Below the pieces are notes generated by a model that searched no databases, was not told where the DNA came from, and worked only from the letters and a program-made list of their open reading frames with translations. This document shows positions 40,476 to 48,680 of a stretch of 60,412 nucleotides of DNA, piece by piece (the stretch's first letter is position 1; each line of letters starts with the position of its first letter). Origin of the DNA: Leptolyngbyaceae cyanobacterium (GTDB lineage Bacteria > Cyanobacteriota > Cyanobacteriia > Phormidesmidales > Phormidesmidaceae). The translations under genes and the position numbers were made by a program. The stretch lies in NCBI GenBank assembly GCA_965263355.1, contig CBDHHL010000022.1, forward strand, positions 1-60,412, read 5' to 3'.

Positions 40476-40858
40476 GGTCGAACCATGGGTGGCTTGGGCC
40501 TCGGACGTTCACCGTTTGATTGAGCTTGCTGCTGTTTGATCCAGCCGCCCAGGTCTGTGCCGATGGCATTGATGAGTTGACCGGCGTATTGATATCGCTG
40601 ATGGGAAATCAGGTCAAATTCCAGCAGTAATCGAGTTTGATAGCGAAGAACATCCAGTTTGCCATTGAGCTGCTGAAGCTGAGGCAGTTTCTGTTTTTGA
40701 TAGCGAACGACCACCAGGGTTTCCAGCAGCTCATAGAGTCCAGTGATAATGCGATCTCCCAGATGAAACCGATGTTCACGGGGCAATTTATTGATGATGG
40801 GCACGTACCACTTCACCAGGTCGTAGGTTTTTTGAATAATCGGTAGATCCGTTGACAT
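40472..40858 (-). CDS. avd: DGR accessory variability determinant Avd
   Basis: [12 protein letters not shown]......LPREHRF.LGDRI, LRY..RL, IG..LGGWIK; basic 128-aa helical protein whose stop overlaps the RT start (ATGA). Confidence 0.93.
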   Translation of the reverse strand: MSTDLPIIQKTYDLVKWYVPIINKLPREHRFHLGDRIITGLYELLETLVVVRYQKQKLPQLQQLNGKLDVLRYQTRLLLEFDLISHQRYQYAGQLINAIGTDLGGWIKQQQAQSNGERPRPKPPMVRP

Positions 40859-40979
40859 GAGATGTTTGCCCCTGATGCAGACGCCCTTCAGAATGCCCAG
40901 CGTTGATGTAGCGTTTTATCTCAAGGCCGTTAGGACCAGGACTGATCCGTCTATGCTGAGTAGTGGGGTAGGCCGCGAA

Positions 40980-41094
40980 GCGGGGGCTCCTGGAACAACA
41001 ATCCGAGGAATTGCCGCTCCGCCGTCCGCAACAACAATCAACCCGACAACCGCAACAACAACAACGGTTTTCGCGTAGTATGTTCCGCGCCCAG
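40980..41094 (+). ncRNA. DGR template repeat (TR)
   Basis: 115-nt intergenic copy of the VRs reading [37 protein letters not shown]; 12 AAY codons; diverged IMH*-like 3' end. Confidence 0.96.
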
Positions 41095-41251
41095 CACTCT
41101 TCTATTGCCGAAAGGCTGGCCAGAGTCGTTAGATGGGAATCTATCGAGCGTGCCCCAGGAGAGTCCAGAGCCTATTCCAGCGATGCTCCGGCATCCAAAA
41201 ATAAAACCGGGTCAGTTACTTTGGTAGGGAAACCGACGACTTAACTGACCC
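41095..41251 (+). ncRNA. Structured spacer downstream of the TR (part of the DGR RNA)
   Basis: Hairpins GCC-GAAA-GGC (~41107), GATGC-TCCG-GCATC (41182-41195) and 10-bp stem GGGTCAGTTA/TAACTGACCC (41209-41251). Confidence 0.65.
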
Positions 41252-41264
41252 ACCCCCCTAAGCT

Positions 41265-42088
41265 ATGTCACCCACCCTCCGCCGTACCCCCCGCACCGCT
41301 AAAGGCTATGTAGAGCCAGAGCTATCCCTGCCGTCTGAGGAATTGTCGCTTCATATGGTGCTGGTCCCTGGCGGCACCTTTACCATGGGTTCCCCAGAGG
41401 ATGAATCAGGCCATGAAGATAATGAAGGCCCTCAGCGGGAGGTGACCGTACCCTCGTTTTTTATGGGGCGTTATCCGGTGACCCAGGCCCAGTGGCGAGC
41501 GGTTGTGGCATTGCCCAAAGTAGAGAATGATCTAGAGGAAGACCCATCCAGCTTCAAAGGGGACAACCATCCTGTAGAGACCGTAAGCTGGTACGACGCA
41601 GTGGAGTTTTGCCAGCGCCTGGCGCAGCACACCCAACGCCCCTATCGGCTCCCCAGCGAAGCAGAGTGGGAATATGCCTGTCGAGCGGGCATCCAGACAC
41701 CGTTTTATTTTGGGGATACCATTTCTACCAATGTGGCTAATTATGATGGCAACTATACCTATGGAGAAGGCGAAAAAGGTGAATATCGAGAAACGACTAC
41801 TCCAGTGAATGAGTTTGGCATTGCCAATGGATTTGGACTGAGCGATATGCATGGCAATGTGTGGGAGTGGTGTCAGGATCATTGGCACGGAAATTATCAG
41901 GATGCACCTACCGATGGCAGTGCCTGGATAGAGGGAGGAGATTCTGATCTTCGTGTAGTACGCGGGGGCTCCTGGTTCAACAATCCGAGGTATTGCCGCT
42001 CCGCCGTCCGCTACATCAATCTCCCGACGACCGCAACAACAGCTACGGTTTTCGCGTAGTATGTTCCGCGCCCAGGATTCTCCCATAG
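41265..42088 (+). CDS. Stand-alone FGE-sulfatase/CLec protein; DGR target 3 (-1 frameshift in VR as assembled)
   Basis: [55 protein letters not shown]; corrected frame ends [13 protein letters not shown] at 42088. Confidence 0.9.
41962..42075 (+). repeat. DGR variable repeat VR3
   Basis: About 9 substitutions at TR adenines; 1-nt loss at the CAA codon (42021-42025). Confidence 0.95.
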
Positions 42089-42575
42089 CCCTTTTCTCTC
42101 TCTTGCTCTTTTGCTCTCTTCAAAGAAAAATCAGTAAAGCTTCTGAAGTCAAGCATTGGCCTAACCATGCTTCGGAGTAATGAGCCATAAAGTAAATATC
42201 GACTTCAAAACAGGTAGTGCTCAAAAATAATGACTACCGTTTGCCTGCGTCACTGCGCTGTAGACGCAGCTATTCTAACATGAGAGTTTGACTACAAGGA
42301 CCAGCGGGGGCATTTAAACCAAAACCTACGGTTTCGCCTGAAAAGCTATCAAATTAAAGGTTTCAATGGGTAGTGTTCTATTGACTATTTGCTTGGTAGC
42401 GCAGCGAGTCAAAGACTTCTAAGATTTGCGATCGCAACCACTCTCAACCCACCCAAAACCGCAGCCCGTGGAGTACCACCGGCTGCTACCTCGACATGGC
42501 TTAACCCCTCCCCAAAAAGATGTTGTTAGCTAAAGCTTTCAGCGATCATGTGTGGCCTGAACCATTTGCGCCAAG

Positions 42576-42863
42576 CTATAGATCATCGAATATCTCCTCT
42601 ATTGGTGTTAGCTTTGCGTCGAGAAGGTGGGCATAGATACTTGCATCATCGGCCACCTGTTTCATTCTTTGACTTGCAGGCGTGTCTTGATTAACTTTAT
42701 CCATATAATTTGGATTAGAGAGTAAGCCTTGTAGAGCCGCAGCAGCAAAGTATTCAAGCTTTGATAGACCAGGGTTTCTCTTACAATTGCCAGGACCATT
42801 ATGAGTTTCTTGTTCGAAGCCCGGAAAGGCATAATTGTTGGTTGTCGGTGCGTTTAGCTTCAT
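42576..42863 (-). CDS. Phage-like hypothetical protein
   Basis: AFP....GLSKLEYFAAAALQGLLSNP resembles the common phage G.T.RDYFAA.AMQG motif. Confidence 0.65.
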   Translation of the reverse strand: MKLNAPTTNNYAFPGFEQETHNGPGNCKRNPGLSKLEYFAAAALQGLLSNPNYMDKVNQDTPASQRMKQVADDASIYAHLLDAKLTPIEEIFDDL

Positions 42864-43164
42864 CGTCGATTTCTGTGACCCACATTCCGCCATTAAATTG
42901 GCACATCGGATAATTAATAACGAAGCCAATGGATCACAGCCTCTAAAGAAGCATGAATTCTCAATAAAACCTAACTATTGAGAATAATCTAGAAATAGTT
43001 CAAATGAATTATCTAGGTACTCAAAGTCTCTATGGAAAAGGCTTTCAGATTTAATATTTGATTGTGACAGTTGAGAGTGCGGAATGTCGGATCAAACCAC
43101 CTCACTCTGTAATCTAAGTTATAGGGGAATTGGAGTTAGCTAGGCGGATCACCTCACGATGTCA

Positions 43165-43722
43165 TTACAGCTTCTCTATCTTCCAGGCCGTCTGAGTCCC
43201 ATTCTTGCCAGCTTTCGAGAACTTAAACCCATATCGTTCAAAACTATCCCCACTAGGTAACACCTTCAACTCCAGAGTCTGCGCTATCTGGTCAGAGCTT
43301 AACCGCCAGTCATTATCAGCCAGCTCCTGTAATGCCCGCAGCATATGTAAGGTGTCATCGATACTGAAGGGCTTCTCCAACTCAGGCTTTGCGATAGCGC
43401 CAGCGCTGACTTGGCAGTTCGCCAGCGCTGAATCATCAACATGTCTAATGTCGTGCGAGACGTCCACAGGACTATTCGACAATTTACCTAAGACGGTTTC
43501 GGCTGCTCCATCGGTGGTAGAACCTTGCTGTATCAAAGCTGCCATGCCATCTAATAGGCGGATCAAAGGACCATCAACATAAGACTTCCGCCCACGACGA
43601 TAAGGAATTAAATCAGCTCTACGCTTCTTAATCGCTTCCAAACGGTTATAAACCTGTGACCGATGCACCCCATATCTATTTGCAAGGGAGCTGACCGGTA
43701 GTTCATCAATATGAGCGTCCAT
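43165..43722 (-). CDS. HTH DNA-binding protein, cassette B gene 1
   Basis: Paralog of 21174-21728. Confidence 0.8.
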   Translation of the reverse strand: MDAHIDELPVSSLANRYGVHRSQVYNRLEAIKKRRADLIPYRRGRKSYVDGPLIRLLDGMAALIQQGSTTDGAAETVLGKLSNSPVDVSHDIRHVDDSALANCQVSAGAIAKPELEKPFSIDDTLHMLRALQELADNDWRLSSDQIAQTLELKVLPSGDSFERYGFKFSKAGKNGTQTAWKIEKL

Positions 43723-43979
43723 TGATACCAGGAATAGATCGATATCAACTTTAGTACGACTTTAGCTGAATGTACTGTCCCATCAAAGTCTTACGACTGT
43801 CCTATTCGTACCGTCCAGCCTTAAAAGCATTGAAATTAAAAAGCCTTGTTGACTTGTCCAATGTATTGTCCTATTGTGTTGTCCAGTGTACGGCAGTACA
43901 TCTGAACGCACATTCCACAGCACATCAGATGCACAGATGCCGTACATAGTAAAACCCTTGTACTAAAAGGATTCCATAT

Positions 43980-44564
43980 ATGAATAGCACACCGACGGAC
44001 GTATCACCACACGTTCTGACGGACATCGAGCCGCACACAGGCGGACATTACACCGCACACCAAATCGCTGAGACGCACAACGTTTCAGACTCGACCATCA
44101 GAAATCGGTGGTTTGAGTGGATTTGTAAAGCTGCCCCGGCTGAATTGCTTAAGGATAAGGAAGGCTTTACTGAGCTGGGCCGTACCCTATTTGCTGAGTT
44201 TGCTGAGGTGAAGACTTGCGATCGCGATACCTGGGTAACCGATGCTAAATCTCGCTATGCCCAAGAGTGGAGTAATGCCGGAGTCATTGAAGGCGAGCTG
44301 ATGCCTGATAGCGTCAGTAGTGCCCTGGCCCTACGCCAAACTCAGAACGGCATGATGCAGCAGTCTATTGCAGAGGAGCTGGCCGACCTGGAGAACTTTG
44401 TGGATCAGCTAGCGGTGACAGAGGCAGACTTTTCTGATGCAGAGCTGGCGTCATTTAAATCGGCAGGTCAACGTCGAGGCATGATGCGGTACAAGCTGGA
44501 ACTGCAGGCAGAGATGGACGCTTACGGTCAGTTGAAGCAGCGACGCATGGGGGGCAATCAATGA
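43980..44564 (+). CDS. HTH plus helical protein, cassette B gene 2
   Basis: Paralog of 21967-22539. Confidence 0.8.
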   Translation: MNSTPTDVSPHVLTDIEPHTGGHYTAHQIAETHNVSDSTIRNRWFEWICKAAPAELLKDKEGFTELGRTLFAEFAEVKTCDRDTWVTDAKSRYAQEWSNAGVIEGELMPDSVSSALALRQTQNGMMQQSIAEELADLENFVDQLAVTEADFSDAELASFKSAGQRRGMMRYKLELQAEMDAYGQLKQRRMGGNQ

Positions 44565-44908
44565 CGCGGAATCTGATCGGGGTGTTATGGATTGCTGTTG
44601 CCACTACCAACTGCCCAGACCTACAACTATTTCAAACCGCACCGGTTGAAGCCGTGGAACCTTCCGCCGCACCGCCACCCGGTCTGCAACCCTACGGTGT
44701 GGACGGTGAACTGAGCGAAGCGGATATTAAGGCGTTGCTATATCTGCAGTTCCCGCAGCAATACGAATCCATCACCGATAGGTTTGGCTTCCCCGCTTAC
44801 CGGGATAGCCTCAGCGACTATTACTCGCTGCCTAACGGTCGATGGGTCGCTGTTCAGTACTCAGGAAAGACCGCAACCGGCATTAAATTTAGCGATTCAG
44901 GCGACTGA
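44561..44908 (+). CDS. Small exported/membrane-anchored protein, cassette B gene 3
   Basis: ATGA overlap with gene 2; hydrophobic N-terminus with a Cys; paralog of 22529-22888. Confidence 0.78.
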   Translation: MTRNLIGVLWIAVATTNCPDLQLFQTAPVEAVEPSAAPPPGLQPYGVDGELSEADIKALLYLQFPQQYESITDRFGFPAYRDSLSDYYSLPNGRWVAVQYSGKTATGIKFSDSGD

Positions 44909-44922
44909 GAAGGAGTACCCTA

Positions 44923-45420
44923 GTGAGTAACACCACAGCATCGATCACGATGAAACTGCCAGAGCTAAAAAGAAAGGTTCGATATATCTGGGATTCTGTC
45001 AATGAATGGCATGGGGTTGTGCTGCAGCCCGAGAATTTCGATAAGGAAATGAAGACCTTTGGTGACCGCAGGTATAAGGCAACCTGGGTTAAAGCTCTGT
45101 GTAAGTTTGAAGCCATGCTTGCCATGGAGGGCTGTCTAGACTCTTGGGCGTTACTCACAATTACCTTTAACTTTCAGCCTGACGATTGGGACTACGAATA
45201 TCGTCATGGAATTTTTGATGAGTTCCTTAAGTATCCCGAGGCTATGGAGATTATAAAAACTGGCCTAGAGGATATATTTCACAAGGATTTTGACGTCCAA
45301 GAAAGAGAAAAGGCAGATGGGTTTTTTAGACTTCTGGAAGAACGAGAAGGAGCGGCTGGAACCCTCGGATTCTCAACTAGATTTGCTGGGCAATTCGCAG
45401 GAACTAGGACCGCAGCGTAA
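44923..45420 (+). CDS. Hypothetical protein, cassette B gene 4
   Basis: AAGGAG RBS; paralog of 22903-23394. Confidence 0.78.
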   Translation: MSNTTASITMKLPELKRKVRYIWDSVNEWHGVVLQPENFDKEMKTFGDRRYKATWVKALCKFEAMLAMEGCLDSWALLTITFNFQPDDWDYEYRHGIFDEFLKYPEAMEIIKTGLEDIFHKDFDVQEREKADGFFRLLEEREGAAGTLGFSTRFAGQFAGTRTAA

Positions 45421-45763
45421 ACGTTTTGATGGGGCTATGTCCTTCAGACGGTTTACTGACACGATTAAGGCTAACGGTGGTGATAAGAAGTGTTATTCCA
45501 ATGCTGTGGTTACCGAAACTCAAGAGCTGTTTGACTGTACCGTGCGTGAGCTTTATCAGGCCACTGGCGGCAAGATAAATCGGAGAGACACATTACCCCA
45601 TGAGGCTCAGCAAGCTTACATGGTTAATGAATCGCTTTCAGCCTATGAGCTTGAGCGCATGGAAGGCGCTATTGGCGGTGAAACCCAGGAGGAAGTAAAC
45701 GCCAAAATCAAAGCTGTTGTTAGGGAGCAGTCTAAGCAGACTCGCAAATGGTTACCCTGGTAA
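45317..45763 (+). CDS. Hypothetical protein, cassette B gene 5 (intact)
   Basis: MGFLDFWKNEKERLEPSDSQLDLLGNSQ; conserved with the split copy at 23291-23732. Confidence 0.78.
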   Translation: MGFLDFWKNEKERLEPSDSQLDLLGNSQELGPQRKRFDGAMSFRRFTDTIKANGGDKKCYSNAVVTETQELFDCTVRELYQATGGKINRRDTLPHEAQQAYMVNESLSAYELERMEGAIGGETQEEVNAKIKAVVREQSKQTRKWLPW

Positions 45764-45865
45764 GTTCGACGCGTACTTACCTATAAAGCCAGATTAATCT
45801 GCAATAAAAACCCCCGCAAGCTCGTAACTTCGGGGGTTGTCAAAAAAAATTTCTTTGGTTCAATT

Positions 45866-46948
45866 ATGACACATCAACATCATGGTGCGGTTAAGTCTCA
45901 ACCGCACCCTAAATCCGTACGTCATTATAGACTTACCTGTGATGAATGGTTGCAGGCCTGCACAGAGCTGAAACCTGCTGAAATGAAGGTTTTGTACTAT
46001 CTCCGTACCTTAGACCCCTGGGGAGATAAGAACTTAGATATTAGTGTTACTGACATTGCTGATCGCCTCAAATGTAATAAAGGCACTGTCAGTCGAGCCC
46101 TTAAAGCGCTAGATACTAGCGGCTGGATTGAGCTGGAAATTAATAGTGCCACTGTCAAATTGCATACAAAAAATAGTACGAGTAACCAGGTGTTGTCTAC
46201 AGACAACGGGTTGTCTGAGAGCAACAGCGTTGTCTTAGGATCGCAAGTGTTGTCTACAGACAACGGGTTGTCTGAGAGCAACAGCGTTGTCTTAGGATCG
46301 CAAGTGTTGTCTACAGACAACCTGGATGATCGTCAGACAACACCGATGATCTCTAGACAACACTTGGCTTCTGAAACGGCCTCAGAGCATGACGTTCAGA
46401 TCCCTTTAAACTATTTAAAACTATCTACACCTACCAAACAGAGTGTGTGTGTCGGTGAAGGTGAAAAAATCACCATTAAAGATGCTGCACAATCCATAGA
46501 CACGTCACCATTTTTGTTAAAAGCAACGAAAAAATTTCAGATCAATCTGGCGGACCCCCATCTACGTCGAGCCATTGAGCGTTGGCCAGAGCGGGTGGAG
46601 GTTGCGATCGCATGCCTCCAAGAAAAAGAAGCCACCGTCAAACACCCCACCCGTTTTTTGCAAAAAGCCATCGAGGAACAGTGGCAGCCGGAGAACCTCG
46701 CCAAAGAAAAAGCCCCCGATGACTTCCAAGTCTGGTTTAAAGAAGCCCGTCAGCGGGGCCTTGTGGTCGGCTCCCAGCGCATCGATGGCAAACTGATGGT
46801 CTACACCGTCGATGAACGTTGCGTCCCCTTTACCCAGCTACGACAACAAAGTTGGGCAGCCCTAGAGGCGAAGCTGCAGGCGATGACAGAGGAGTTACCG
46901 CTGTTCGCACCGTCTCCCCCAGAACAAAAGCAGATACTCGTTGCCTAA
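45866..46948 (+). CDS. HTH replication-initiator-like protein with internal iterons
   Basis: LKPAEMKVLYYLRTLDPWG...SVTDIADRLKCNKGTVSRALKAL...GWI winged HTH; repeat linker; C-terminal VKHPTRFL.KAI.E.W. Confidence 0.75.
   Translation: MTHQHHGAVKSQPHPKSVRHYRLTCDEWLQACTELKPAEMKVLYYLRTLDPWGDKNLDISVTDIADRLKCNKGTVSRALKALDTSGWIELEINSATVKLHTKNSTSNQVLSTDNGLSESNSVVLGSQVLSTDNGLSESNSVVLGSQVLSTDNLDDRQTTPMISRQHLASETASEHDVQIPLNYLKLSTPTKQSVCVGEGEKITIKDAAQSIDTSPFLLKATKKFQINLADPHLRRAIERWPERVEVAIACLQEKEATVKHPTRFLQKAIEEQWQPENLAKEKAPDDFQVWFKEARQRGLVVGSQRIDGKLMVYTVDERCVPFTQLRQQSWAALEAKLQAMTEELPLFAPSPPEQKQILVA
46190..46362. repeat. Iteron array (~19-bp GTTGTCT..AGACAAC units; exact 57-bp tandem repeat)
   Basis: 57-bp unit starts at 46190 and 46247, partial at 46304; further GATGATC...AGACAACAC copies follow. 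Confidence 0.88.
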
Positions 46949-47181
46949 GCCGCGCAACCAAACAAACTATCCAGATAGAGTCTATTCACATGGGGCTGAT
47001 TCGCACCATTCTGCATCAAAAAGAGAGAAAGCGCCGCCTGCATTACCCGCTCCTGGCTCCATAGCTCATGGGTATTTAAATAATCCTGGATTGACTGATG
47101 TAGCGTTTCAGGAATCTCGATCATCAAACTGACAGTGACTGGAGCTGTGGTAACGGCTGGAGCTGTAGTCGCTAAAGTCAT
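46945..47181 (-). CDS. DUF2811 family protein
   Basis: VSLMIEIPETLH.....YL..H..W.QERV..AALSLFLMQNG......RLYLDSLF. Confidence 0.85.
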   Translation of the reverse strand: MTLATTAPAVTTAPVTVSLMIEIPETLHQSIQDYLNTHELWSQERVMQAALSLFLMQNGANQPHVNRLYLDSLFGCAA

Positions 47182-47801
47182 AAATCTAAGGCCTCTTAAA
47201 TTAATAATTAATGGGCACAACAAACTCGGGCCTAGTGGATTACCCTTGCCCAAGCGCTGCCGCAATAGGGGCTGACAGCATTGAGGACACAGGGCAAGGA
47301 TGCCTAACTAGGTCGCCTGATTCAGTGGAGCTTCATTGTGCAGGAGCTAGGGGTAATACGCAAGCATTCCTATTCTTTAGATTTTTCTAATGCGATTTTG
47401 GGGGTAACGATACCAAGAGGGTTAAGATATTTTTTTCGTTACATTAATTAATAAATCAAAGCCGCTCCCCATCCTTAACGGTTTTCCCCAGAATCTCTGG
47501 ATGACCTAAGCGGCAGTAACGCCCTGGGGATAACCCTACTCAACCTGGGGAAAAGCCAAGGAAAACCCTGGGGATAACTCCTGTGATTGTTAAGAAATGT
47601 ATCTTGATGAAATTACGCAGATGGGCGAAACTTCATCAAAACAGTCCGGATGCTATAGGCGTTGTCAGCAGACTTTTTCAGAAGATAATTAGCGTTTAAA
47701 CAGGCCTTAATGAGGGTATGAATCTCTGGACGTAGAAATTGAAAACTGACACATCAGTGCTGGTGTAGCTGAGTTTCCACAGGTTTTGAGAGCAGGGGAT
47801 A

Positions 47802-48071
47802 CTAACGGTGTTGATGCAATCGTCTCACCTGTTCTGCAATGGATTCCAGCGTATGGCCTAGCTGAATGCGATCCATCGCCTGAATCGCGTCGCCCACGGT
47901 TGCCCGACTGCTGACCACGACTTTAAGTTCATTTGTACTGATTAAATGCTGAGCCAGGGCAGCCTTTTCCGGTAGCGATAGCTGCTCAATGATTGGATAG
48001 AGATCCGTAACAAAAACTTCGCCGTTTGTCTCAAAAACGACATCTATATCCTGTTTATCTGATTGATTCAT
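47802..48071 (-). CDS. Hypothetical protein
   Basis: 89-aa ORF co-oriented with the XRE gene. Confidence 0.6.
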   Translation of the reverse strand: MNQSDKQDIDVVFETNGEVFVTDLYPIIEQLSLPEKAALAQHLISTNELKVVVSSRATVGDAIQAMDRIQLGHTLESIAEQVRRLHQHR

Positions 48072-48115
48072 GGAAAAACTGACATTTACACCCGAATACG
48101 GTTCAATATGTCGGT

Positions 48116-48442
48116 TTATGCGGACACGGGCGATTGAGGAATTACGGATTTCTCCGTGTAATCTGGATTACCTTGAGATTCTTTTAGACGTCCAGCTAAT
48201 AACCCCAGCATGGTAGCGATGCCTTGGGGATTTAAATCGTCAACAAAGACTTTAAGAAATAAGAACTGCTTTGCGTCGGGTGGCAGTGCTTTTATCATCT
48301 TTTCCAGACTATCGGTTCGAATCTCGCTTCCGTTTCGAAAGTTACTAACCGTGGCTTCTCGAAGACCAGCATTGATCGCCACGGCCTTACCAGTTAAGCC
48401 GAATTCTTTCAACGTCAGATCAAATGCTTTCGAAAAATCCAT
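48116..48442 (-). CDS. XRE-family HTH regulator
   Basis: AFDLTLKEFGLTGKAVA..AGLREATVSNFRNGSEIRTDSLEKMIKALP. Confidence 0.85.
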   Translation of the reverse strand: MDFSKAFDLTLKEFGLTGKAVAINAGLREATVSNFRNGSEIRTDSLEKMIKALPPDAKQFLFLKVFVDDLNPQGIATMLGLLAGRLKESQGNPDYTEKSVIPQSPVSA

Positions 48443-48680
48443 ACCCTTACGCTTTAAAGTAATCGACTAATGTATGATTACTATCAACTTTGATTGTGGA
48501 ATTATAAATTACTTTCGAAGGTAATTTATGGCTCTATTATGCCACCTTTGTCAAACGGGCTCCCTCGGTTTTCAAGGATCTTGGCTAAAAAGTTAAAAAC
48601 CCACCTCCTGCAAGAGATGGGCCAAGAGCTTGGTTGCATTACTGCGGTCAAGCAAATTTGAAAATAACTGTTTCAAGTAT

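Noticed and set aside
40857..41244. ORFs 40857-41078 and 41011-41244
   Set aside because: Out-of-frame translations of the TR and spacer; no independent coding evidence
35574..42088. FGE domains as true formylglycine-generating enzymes
   Set aside because: No sulfatase nearby, and the region that would form the active site is the hypervariable VR; a binding (CLec) role fits better
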